From Lama guanicoe (Eukaryota): DNA of 64,000 nt. The stretch spans positions 932,276 through 996,275 of the forward strand of contig MU057344.1 of assembly GCA_013239625.1 (NCBI GenBank). Direction: 5' to 3'. Made by a program: the position numbers and the translations under genes. Below, piece by piece: positions 49,201 through 59,993 of the stretch. The notes beneath the pieces were generated by a model. The model did not search any database, had not been told where the DNA came from, and saw nothing but the letters and a program-made list of their open reading frames with translations. Within the stretch, counting starts at the first letter, position 1; every line of letters begins with the position of its first letter.

Positions 49201-51199
49201 GGGGACCTAGGTGACCACCCCTTGAAGGGAGGTGGAATCCCACTGGGAAAAGAGGGCTGGCCTGCCCCTCTGGTCCATCCCCCAGGACAGTCTGTGCCCT
49301 CAGGAAAGGGTGGGGCTGTCGGCAGGATGTGAAACCAGGGACTTGGAGGGGATCCCGGCCCCTCCCCACAGAAACCCGCTGTGCTCTGGGGGGCAGTAGG
49401 CCTGCACCCTCCTGTCTGCCCCACCCACTGATAGGTGTCCCTGGGGGGGTGGGGACAGGCTTCTGGGACCTGGACGCCTGCCCGCCCCAGCCCCCACGAC
49501 CGACGACGTGCGCCCTGCACCAGGCCTCACACGCTGGGCCATCTGTGCCCAGGCCTGTGCCAGGGGCTGGGGCCGCTGGGGCCGCTGGGGCCGGGGCTCC
49601 CAGCCCCAGAGCAGGTGGCCCCACTGCGGGGGGGGTGGACCGGCAGGTGGAGCCAGCCTGGCCTGGCTGGTCTGTGGTGCATCCTGTGCCAGGCAGGCAT
49701 CCGGCCGGGCTGGGGTCGGCCTTCCTGCTCTGTGCCCTGCCTGGCAGCCCTCACAGGCAGGAAGCTCGGCCCTAGCTCTCGCCCAGGTCACTCCTGCTGC
49801 TACGGAGGCCTGTTCCAGGAACTTCCAGGGACAGGGCTCCTTGTGCAGGGAGCCCAAGGTTGCCCTTTCTATAGAGCCCCCATCCGAGCCCGCGCCCAGA
49901 GATGCCTGAGTCAGCAAAGCCCAGGCAGAGAGGGGAAGGCAGTTACCGGTGCCCCTGCAGCCCCAGAGACAGACCCAGGTCCCCCCACATCCCCTACCTC
50001 TGCCTCTCACGGTCCCCTCCCCATCCCTGATCCCTGCCCCCCACCCCTCCTTGATCCGTAGATGATGCCAGGCTGGACAGACTCCAGGCAGGGCCACCCC
50101 ACAGGCCCTCCTGGGCTCCAAACCCCATTGCTGTGGGGTCCCCAGTCATTGGAAGCCCACCTGGAAGGACACCCTCCAACGCCAAGCCTCCCTGTGCTGG
50201 CCAGCTGGTGACCTTGGCTGGGCCTGATGCACGGCTAAGCCCGCCAGGCAGAGGGGCCTGGAGGCCTGGGTCAGATGTCCAGGGCTGTGCCCATGGTGCC
50301 CCCCACAGGGCCCCTGCCCAGGGTGGCTGGCAGTGGGACCACCAGGTCAGATGCCCCTGGGAGCATGAGACGGCATCAGACCTGGGGCAGGAACGGAGAC
50401 ACCCCAACCCTACCAGGCAAGCAGGTCGCAGGGCCAAGGGGCTCTGCTGGAGAAGAGGAAGGGGCTGGGTCCCCAGGGACGGGATGCGAGTCCCAGACCC
50501 TCAGGGCCCAGGACGGAGGCACCTCTTCTGGGGCAGGTGTCTGCTCAAGGTGCAAGAACACGCCTGGCTGCAGGGATGGGAACTGGCGGAGGGAGAAAGG
50601 GACGACATTCCACACCTCAGGGCCCTCCGAGATTGAAGTGACCCCAGTGCTAGGGCTGGAACAGGGTGGGCATCAGAGCCTGGGCAGCCCGCAGGGTCCA
50701 TTCTCTTACTCTCCCCACCCTTCCATCTGTGTACTCCTCTCCGCTTGGCGCCTGGGGTTCCCGCGGGCACTGGAGGCTGCAGGAACCTGGCAGGGTGGCG
50801 CGATCCCATGGATCCGAACCCCAACCCTGCCCTGCCCTTGGCGGGGCCTTGATCTGGGAGACGTGCGGCTCACACCCCAACTTCCTGTTTCTAAGAAAAA
50901 ATAGTCCCAGAAAAGGCTCTGGTGGTTTGCGGAGGAGGCTCCCTGCCAAAGTCTGGGCTAGAGGGGTGTTGGGCCCAGAGGCTGCAGCCCGTTCCCGGGC
51001 AGGTGTCACTGGCCCCTGTCCCTGAGGCCATCTGCTTCTCCCCCACAACTGCTTCCCCAGGCAGGAAGGCAGTGGCCGGCTCGAGCTCCTCCGCCGGCCG
51101 CAGTGTGGCCCCCACAGCGGTGCACGGTGGCCTTCCTGCAGGCACCCCTGTCAGGACATGGGCCTCACTCCCACCTTCCTGCAAACCCGTGCTTGGGGC

Positions 51200-53010
51200 T
51201 GGCGATGGGCCGGGTGCTAAGAGTAGAAGACAGCGCTGCAGGGCGCCCGGGCTGCCCGCAGCACAGGTTTCACCCGCACCCGCGAGATCGCGTCTCCGGC
51301 CTGACGCCAGGGCCTGTCCCCTGCCTTGGGGTACCCCCTCCGGGCGGCTGCGTGCCAGTCTCCTCCCTCTGCCCCGCCCATCCCTGGGGGAAGGGCGGGG
51401 GCGAGGAAGCCTCCGGAGAATTTTAATACTGGTTCCAAACATTCCAAATTCCTGCTCCTTCCGGCCTGGCCGGAAGCCGGGCTGGGGAGGGTGCGCAGTC
51501 CCCACGCGTAGCCCCCCAGGCCCGAGGAGGCCGGTGAGCCGTCCGGGTGTGGGGGCCCCTCGCAGGCCCTTCTGGGGTGAACGTAAGCCCTTTTGCCGCC
51601 TGTCTTCCACGCGGCTCCGTGTTCCTGGCTCGGAGTCCAGGATCGCGGGTACGGGGCCCACGCCCTGCGGGTCAGAGGCCGGACACCCCCCAAGGCCGAG
51701 CAGCACCCCAGGAGACCCCTCCCAAGGCACACAGGTCTCGGATGCCCCGCAAATGCGCCTCTGGGGGTACAGAGCGCGAACCCGAGGTGCACCCCAGCAC
51801 CGGGTGTCCGTGTGGGCCCCGGAGCCCAGTGAGTCAGGCAGAGTGTGTGTCACCGCCGGGGTGAGTCACTGGGAGGGTGTGCGCCCCTCGTGGGCGGTGC
51901 CGGGAGCCTGGGGGCCGGGCCGCAGGGGCGGGGGCGGGGGCGGGGCCCTCCCCAGGAAGCCCCCGCCCCCAGTCGGGGCAGGACAGCTTCCCCCACTTCC
52001 TCCCGTGAAGCTGCCTTGCGAGGGCCAGCGAGGCTGGAGAAGGCAGACGAGGGGAGGTTCCTGCGCCCCAGGCCCCTCGGCCGAAGGGGCTTCCCGAGTA
52101 GGGCGGGGCGGCGGGAACGCTGGCGGCCGGGGTCCGGAAGGACAGCGTGGCTGCCGCGGCCCCGTCCCGCGGCCTCAGTTTCCGATTGTGCGTCTACAGA
52201 AACCCCGACGCAGCCCGCGGCCTCCGGGGCCCCGCCGCCCAGTTTCACTTCCCCTCCCCCTGCTCGGCGCGGGACGCTGGGCTCCGTCCCCCTCCCAATT
52301 CCGACGGGGGCGAACCCGGGGGCGCTTCCGGCTGTGGGGCGGGGTCGATAATGGGGTTACGACGGGGCGGCCCGCCCCAACCCGGGCCCCTCCTCTCCAC
52401 GCCTGCGCCGGGAGCGCGGGTGGGGCCGCGCGGTTCCCCCGCAGCCGCGGGATCGACCCCATCCCCTGCGAGGGGCGGGCTCGGGCTCAGGCTTGGGTGG
52501 GGGCAGAGCGGGCGTGGGCACTCCCCGCCCCGCGAGCCGCTCGGGGAAGCGGGGCGGTGCGCGCTCGGGAAGAAGAGGGGAGCGGGCGGCAGGAAGTGCC
52601 CCTTCCCCCCGCCCAGTCCTGATCATGGTTCCCCTCGCCCGCCCAGCGTGCGGGGGAGGAGCGGGATGGGGGGGGAGGGAGACCCTGGGGGGAGGGGCCT
52701 CGGGGGCAATTTGGGGTGGAGCACCCCCTCCCCGCTCGGGGCTAGGATAGGGGGTCCCCCCGCGCTCCGAGCGTCTCCCTTGCGGGGGGGCGGGGCGGGC
52801 GCTGACGTTGGCACGTGTTCGAGCGCCGCGCGGCCTGGGTAGTGGGGTGGGGGCGGGGGTGTTGGCGCGACCCCCGGCGGCGGAGACGGGAATTGCAGCT
52901 CCGGGCCGAGCGCGGGGAGGGGCGCGCTCCAAGGACCTCATCTGAGTCCGCCCTGTCTACGAGGTTCCCGCACAGCCTGCTGGGGTGCCCTTTTTTCGCG
53001 GGGGGGAGCT
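51200..53010. promoter_or_regulatory. Intergenic CpG island with promoter-like motifs
   Basis: Dense CpG; several GC boxes (GGGGCGGGG at ~51925, ~52786, ~52850); ETS-like CAGGAAGTG (~52590) and CTTCCGG (~52325); TGACGT plus CACGTG (52803-52817); AP-1 TGAGTCA at 51830 and 51862. Confidence 0.75.
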
Positions 53011-54056
53011 GCCTCCCCTTTATACCAGATCCGGAGGAAAACCCGAGCCTTTAAGACCCCCAGTCTTCCCCAGTGGGAAACACGTGCCCACTGGTGGGAA
53101 TAGCGGCCTTGCCTCTGGATCTCTGACACCCGGCTCCCTGGAGGCCCTGGGCCTCGTCAATCCTCAGTGCCTCCTGTCCAGGCCAGCAGGCCCAGACTTG
53201 ACCCTAGTCACTGATGGGGTTGGTGTGTGCACCTTCTCTGGAGGTGGGGGCAGGCCAGTGGCTGTCCTCTCTGAGCTCCACCTCCCTCAGCCCCCAGGGT
53301 GGCCCAGGAGCCTGGACCCTGGCTGGGAGGTGGGGTAGGGCCTTGCTGAACATGACCCCAGAAGGCCCCACGGTGGCCTGCCCCCTCCCTTCCTCTCTCC
53401 TCTAGACCTGGCCTCCTCTGTGCCCCAAGCCACACTGTCATCAAGACAGTAACCCCCTTAGTCTACACACCCTGTCCTCGGCACTGTCACCACTACCTGC
53501 CCCCTCCCGTTTCCACATCCAGGCCCAGCCCGGTCTTGTCTCTGGGCCCTCCCCCTTCCCCTCCTCACCCCGACTGCCTGAGCAGAGTCTGCTCCCCTCT
53601 TCTCCCTCAGCGCACAGCAGGCCCCACTTCCCGCTCGTGGCCAATCTCCTTTGTTTCTCAGAGCCTGTGTGGTGCCCCAGGAGTGCCCCTAAACCCAACT
53701 GTGGCATCTACTCGAAAGCACCTCTCCATTTCTGCCCAACTTTTGCCCTCTTTCCTCGCCGGGTCCTCGAGAGAGAGTTCGGTAAGGACTTGCCTGCCGA
53801 ACGAGAAGCCCCTGGGGGGCCAGGGGTGGGCAGCACGCCCCCTATTCCCCTCCCTGGGCTGGGGCCCCACACAGGGCTCTGGAGCAGCATTAGTGGGGGC
53901 GCCTGGTCCTGGCTCCCACCGTTGGTTGTCGGGGGTTCTGGGCGGGGGTGGCCGATAGGTCTCCGACCCCCACGGGGGGTTACCAGAGGTTTGAGGAGGG
54001 TCCTGTTCCAGGGCCGTGCAGGGGTGGGGAGGGCTGGCCTGAGGCTGAGCCAGGCA

Positions 54057-54210
54057 CATCTGGCAGGCCCGGTCAGCCTGCCTAGCCTGCCGATGACAGC
54101 CCTATTTATAGTCTCCATCAGAAAACGCTCCTGGCTGTGGCAGTGGGGCGCCCGCTTGTGCCTTGAGACCCGGGGCCTCGTGCCAGGAGGATCGTGGACT
54201 GGGGCAGCTG
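54057..54210. promoter_or_regulatory. Candidate MEF2/MEIS/E-box enhancer module
   Basis: CATCTG 54057-54062, TGACAG 54094-54099, CTATTTATAG 54102-54111, CAGCTG 54205-54210. Confidence 0.45.
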
Positions 54211-54920
54211 TGGCCCGTGCGGGTTACTGCCTGGCCTGCTCACTCCCCCAGCGGCCACCTCCAGGCTTGCTGAGGGACTGAGGCAATAGTGGGCCCACAG
54301 CCCCCACTCCCCACCTGCCTCCCAAGGGCCCCTGTGCCCACAGCCACCCAGTTTTCCATCGGAGAGGTCATGGGCTGGCCCTGCCCTGAGAGGACAGGGC
54401 GGGAGGGGGAGGCCCCAGGCAGCTGTATGCTGTCGGTTCTGAGAGCTGCCTGTCCTGTGTGTGGCGGTGGTCTTGCTGAAACAGGCCTGGAGGCCCCGCC
54501 AGCTCCTCCAGAACAGAGGGCTCCCAGGGCGAGAAGGCCGCTCTGGGCAGGCAGTGAGCTCGCAGGGCCGGCCAGGCCACACAGGAACCAGGCTGGCGGG
54601 CTGGGCACCCAGGCGCCCTCCAGGAAGCCCTGCCTGAGGGTGGCGGGGGTTGCTCTGCACAGCTGGCCTCACCACCCGCCTGGCACCAAGACCAGGCGGC
54701 CTGCCCAGGCTCCAGAGAAGGGAGGCCTCCCCCGGGAGCATCCCGGGTGACCCTCCGGCCAGCAGGAGCAGAGGCTGGGAGGAGCTGCCTGTGCCAGGCG
54801 GGGCTGTGGGAGGCGGCTCCGTCCTGCCCTGACCGCCAGGCCCCTGCTGGGTGGTCTGAGGGGCTGTGTTTGCCAGGGCCCTGCTGGGAAGTGCTCTGGG
54901 CAGGGAGGGCAGGTGCCCCG

Positions 54921-54985
54921 CCTCTCCAGTCTCTCCATCTCTCTGTGTCTCTCCGTCTCTCTGTGTCTCTCTGAATCTGTCTCTT
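54921..54985. repeat. (CT/CTGT)n simple repeat
   Basis: ctctccatctctctgtgtctctccgtctctctgtgtctctctgaatctgtctct. Confidence 0.8.
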
Positions 54986-56406
54986 GCACACGGACTCCAG
55001 TCAAGGAACGGTGTGTCGCCAGGGGCTCAGGAGTCTGGTTGTCACTCGGTAAATAGCCATGAAGCGTGTAGACCATCCAGAGCCAATGTCCCCCACTCCC
55101 AGAAGTCAGAGGGCAGGAGGCGGGACCACAGGGGCACTGAGGCCCAGGGGAGAAGGGAGCCCTCTCCTTGAGTCTCCTGGAGACTGGGTATCTTCCTGGG
55201 GTGTGAGGTGCATGGGTGGCAGCCTCATGGCACCACTACCCCAGCCTGTCTGCCTGCCCCACCCCGGAGTGGAGAAGGGGGATTCGGGGGCTCCCTGGTG
55301 CACTGGTGCTGATTCCCTGGGAGCCTCCGAGAGGCCCGCCTCCTTCTCAGGAGAGGGCCCCCCAGGTCTCAGGCTAGAGGCAGGCACAGCGCCCACTGAG
55401 CCACCTCACTGAGGCGGCCTGGTGGAGCCTTGCCCTGCCCGGGAGGAGCTGCCTGCTGGCCGGCCGCTGGCCACGCACCCAGAACTTGCGGCGCGTTTTC
55501 CACCCCTAGCCCCCAGGGTGGCAATGTGGCTGCTCTGCCCGAGTTCTGGGAGCAGTGACCAGGTCGAGGTCACTCCCTTCCCTGCAGGGAGGACCCGTGA
55601 ACCCAGCGGGGCTCCAGGTGCTCAGAGTTCCAGAGGAGAGTTGTGAGGGCCGCCCCCGAGCCTTGGCCCTCCTGCTGCTCCCACCCCAGGCTCTGGCCCA
55701 CCCCTTGACAGTGAGGGGCCCTCTGGACCAGTCACCGCACCCGGCCACACTGCCCCAGGGATCGGCCAGACCAGAGATGTGGGCCGGCCCTCCGCACCTC
55801 CCTGGGGCTGGCCGTCCGGGCTGACGGGGTGGCAGCCCAGTGCTGGCTTGGACCCAGAAGCAGGGCTGGAGGGACATGGGAGCTGTGGGGGCCTGGGGGC
55901 AGTCCCGGGGGCTGGGCCCGCGGCCACCTTGCTGCTCTGACTCTTCATCGCCCGGCTGGACACTGCCCCTGGGGACCCCCCCTCCAGCTCTTCCTGCAGG
56001 AGGACCTGGTGGCTGGACCAGCATCGGTGGCCTCTGCTAATCCTTTTTTTTTTTTTTAGAATTCAGATTTTTTGCGGATTTGCCGGTGAGTCACAGTGTG
56101 AGGGACAGTGTGAGGACTGGGGGTAGGCAGAGGACAGTGCACTGCACCCCGGCAGTGGCCCTGCCCCCTGCACTCCCCAGGCTTCCGCAACCTCCGCTCT
56201 CAGACTTTGGAAAGTAGGAGGTTTCGCGGGTCCGGCGTTTGCAGAGACTGGAAAGCCAGCTTTGCTCCAGGTCTGTGGAGGCGCCCGTGGTGGGCAGCCC
56301 GACCCCGAGTCCCCCCAGGCCCGTGTCCGGGTAGGGTGGCAGCCCTGAGCTCGGCGCCCTGGGTTCTGGGACTGCAGGCCACGGTGCTGGCTCAGACCTC
56401 GGCCCT

Positions 56407-56528
56407 GGGGGGTGTGGGGGTGGAAGCGTTGATTAGGTTTTTATTTATTTACTTACTTAAATGGAGGCTCTGGGGATTGAACCCAGGACCTTGTGCGTGC
56501 TAAGCACACGCTCTACCACTGAGCTGCA
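56407..56528 (-). mobile_element. tRNA-derived SINE, same family, antisense
   Basis: Reverse complement reads gcagctcagtggtagagcgtgtgcttagcacgcacaaggtcctgggttcaatccccag...aaataaataaaaacctaatc, homologous to the element at 11377. Confidence 0.85.
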
Positions 56529-57559
56529 GTTTGCAGTGTTCCCTGCCTAAATTGAAACGTCATATTCATTGCTGTTACTTTGACAGAACCGTGGTTTCAT
56601 CTCGAAGGGAAGAGAGAGCTGCGGAGTGAGCGCAGGCCCAGTGGCCAGTGACACTGGGATAAAGCTGTCTGAGGGGGTTTTCCAGGGCACATGGCCCTCG
56701 GGCTGTGGCCATGCACTGGGGGCCCTGCCCCGGGCTCTACCCCACATTCACACAGCTCACCTGCCACACCCTCTGGGGGGGGGCTTTGTCTCCTAGCCCC
56801 CTGTCTATCCATCCACTTTGGATAGGACAGAGCCCCCTAGAGCCCAGGCACCATGACACGGGAGTCAGTGGTTCCTAACAATGGGCTCCTTCTGGGGACC
56901 CACTGCTGGGACACCTGCAGCCCATCCTCTTCCGAAGACACTCAGAGGCGGAAGCCCTGCAGAACCAGGCTGGCAGCCTCTGTGGTCACTTGAGCCTGTG
57001 GAGCCAGAGGAAGCTGGCAGGTGCGGCTTGCTCCAGGTGCCCCCACTGCCACTCCACACCTTTGACTCAGAGCTACATCAAGTCCCTCATCATGGAGGTT
57101 CTGGAACCCCCTTCCTCTCGCTGGCCTGAAGTCCTTCACGTCCCCACGGTGGTCTGTCGCTGCTGTCAAACCTGGTGCCTTGGATGGCTCACTGCCCACC
57201 TACTCCACCCTGTCTGGGAGCCGGGACCCAGCAGACGTGGAGAATCACCCGGGACCAGGGCTCAGCTCCTCCTCTTCCCGCTGGGGGACCAGCTCCGTCC
57301 AGGTGCTCCACCTGCCAGCTGTGGACTGTATCGAGGTAGGTGGGTTGTTCAGTCACACCAAGGAAAAACCGGGTGGGAAACCCCCTAAGGGAACAGCAGG
57401 AAGGTGAAGCGGTGGGCGGGTCTGGGGGCACGGCCGGGAGGGCCCGCTGGCCCTGCTTTGGTTTTGACGTAGGCTCCCCTGGCCTTTCAAGTAAGAGTGA
57501 GATTACTCCACGTAGGCCTGCCTCCTGCAGACAAAGGAGCTGCTGCTCTGTCCATCCAT

Positions 57560-57895
57560 AGCCACCCCCACCCACACCCCCAGCTCTCCTCCCCTGCACA
57601 CCCCTCCCCCATCCGCATACTCACCTCCTCCTCCGTTGTCTGCCCGTCCTTCCCTTAATTCATCCTGCCATCCATCGGTCTGCCCACCATCCGCCAACCT
57701 CACTCATCCTTCCCTTCACCCCTCCATCCACCCCCGCACCCTCCATCCACCCTTCCTCCACCCACCCATCCATCTCTCCACCCACCCATCCTCCATCCAT
57801 CCCTTCACCCCTCCATGCACCCACCACCCTCCATCCGTCCCTGCATACACTCCTCTGTCTGTCCATCCGTCCATCTGCCCTTCTGCCCATCTTTC
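57560..57895. repeat. Degenerate (CCAT/CCAC)n low-complexity tract
   Basis: C-rich, G-poor tract with repeated ccatcc/ccaccc. Confidence 0.8.
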
Positions 57896-57994
57896 CAGAT
57901 GCTGGGCTTCCCTGCATCCTGCACATCTCTGCCTCTTTGTCTCCAGTGCCTCACCCCATGCCTGGCACGGAGTGGGCGCTGCAGCGACTGGGTG

Positions 57995-58990
57995 CTCCAC
58001 GTTCACCCATACCTTCGGTGGGTACCTGTTGAGGGCTTCCCGTAGGCTACATGCAGCACTCTGTTGAGGCTGTGCAGGTGAACAAAACTGAGAAAAGCGC
58101 CTGCTGTTTGGGAGATTATCCGCAAGACAAACAAGCAAGAGGCATGGCATGCTAGCTCGTGACACATGAGACGGGGGCAGGTGAAGCAGGGAGCGGGGAG
58201 GAAGTGCGGCCGGGGCTGGGGGCAGGGGGTGAGGCTTTGGAGCACACAGCCAGGGAAGGCCTTGTGAGGCGAGCAGTTCAGGCAGAGCGAAGGGCACGTG
58301 CAAAGGCCGTGAGACAAGCACGCCAGCTTGGCTGAAGGACCGCAGGGAGCAGGGGAGCGGTCAGAGGTGGGGCAGTGAGCTGTGGGTCCAGCTCTGGTGG
58401 GGCCTGAGGTCCTGGTGGCGACTCTGGGGTCATGAGCTGACGTGCCCTCTGTGTGGAGAAGGGGTCTCGGGGGCAGGGTGAGTGCACGGCCTGTGAGACG
58501 GGGTCGGGCCAGGGATGTGCTGTGAAGACTCATGGGGTCATCGGTGGGCCACAGGGCAAGAGAGAAGGGAAGGCAGGTGCCGGGGACTTGGGCCTTAGCA
58601 CCAGAGGACCGTGGTGCGTGGTCAGCAGAGCTGCAGGAGCTGGTCTGGGGCATGATGGGTCTGAAGTACCCTGGGCCCCAGTGGAAGCTGGCCCGTCACC
58701 ACTATAGCCCAGGCCTTGCAGCTGGTTGTGTGGATCTGAAGCACGGGAGAGGCGGTCTCCAGGGAGGCGTGGGGGTCGGTGCCGAGGACCAGGAGGCAGG
58801 TGGGCTCTCGGGGAGGTAGGGACCAAGTGCAGGCTTCAAGGCTGGGCATCAGGGAGGTGAGGGGGCAGCGGGGGCGTCGGGGGAGCCCCTCAGAGTGGGG
58901 GCAGGTGCTCCTGCCGTGAGCACTGAAGTGGGTTGGGGTCCTTGTCAGGGAGGTGGTGGGGGGTGCGGGAAAGGGGTGCTGGACGGAGGA
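57995..58990 (-). mobile_element. Decayed LINE-2 fragment
   Basis: cacgttcacccatacc...gtacctgttgagggcttcc...gcactctg...gtgaacaaaac and ttcaggcagagcgaagggcacgtgcaaaggccgtgag resemble antisense L2 3' sequence. Confidence 0.55.
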
Positions 58991-59782
58991 TGTGGGGCCA
59001 GTAGGGTTTCTGGACAGTAAGCAGCAGCGGCGTCTTGTGGCTGGGGGCCTAATGGAGGTCCCCTCAGGCCCAGAGGCCACCGAGCCGGCGAGGGGCTGAG
59101 CATGCTGGGTGTGCCCGCCCAGTGCTCATTCCTCCGTGATGGAGGGGTGGTGGGCTTCGAGGCGGAGGGGTGAGCCCAGCCCGCCTGGCATGCGGTGCAG
59201 CCCGGGGCGCCGGCAGAGCAGGGATGCGGGGTGCCTGGGGTGTGGTGGGGCTGCACATAGAGGGGCTGGCACCTGAAGGTCCCTCCCCCAGCTCCACCGT
59301 GCGGCTGTGTGTCTGGCTGCCTGCAGTCCTCGCCGGCGTGTCCCCTGCTCTTACACCCCCACACCCCAGGTGCCACGGGTGCATTTTAGAGGAAGCTGTA
59401 AAGTCCACGAAGTCGTCCCTGCAGACATGGCAGCCTGTTTCTGGAAAACTGATCACCTGCCTCCTGCCTCTTGACTTCTCATTTGGGAGGGTCCTGACAC
59501 CCCCAGCCTGCCAGCCGGGCCCCCGAGCCACCCTCCAAGGCCGGGCTGGTGGGGAGGAGGCAGCGCTGGGGCGGCTTCCCCGCGGGGCTGTGGCCAGGGG
59601 ACCAGTGCCGCTCGGCCGGGGGCTCGCTCTGGGGAGGGCGTGATGGCGCAGACCTGCCCACTGAGAAGGGCACTGGCGACCACCAGCAGCGGTGCCGGGA
59701 AGAGCCCGCACACGTGTCCAGCTGTGCAGGGAGGGGCCGCGCCCTGTGGGTCAGATGCGACTCGGAAGCCAGTGTTGAGCAC

Positions 59783-59788
59783 TTTATT
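59783..59788 (-). terminator. MORN1: MORN1 polyadenylation signal AATAAA
   Basis: TTTATT on the + strand, 34 nt beyond the MORN1 stop codon. Confidence 0.8.
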
Positions 59789-59822
59789 AAAGCTGGTGGC
59801 GGTAGGTACATCGGGCGGCCCC

Positions 59823-59993
<171 letters not shown>

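Noticed and set aside
50922-52622. 566-aa + strand ORF (and the overlapping 320-aa - strand ORF)
   Set aside because: Non-ATG start, Pro/Gly/Arg/Ala low-complexity composition and no recognisable domain. Stop-poor frames are expected in a CpG island.
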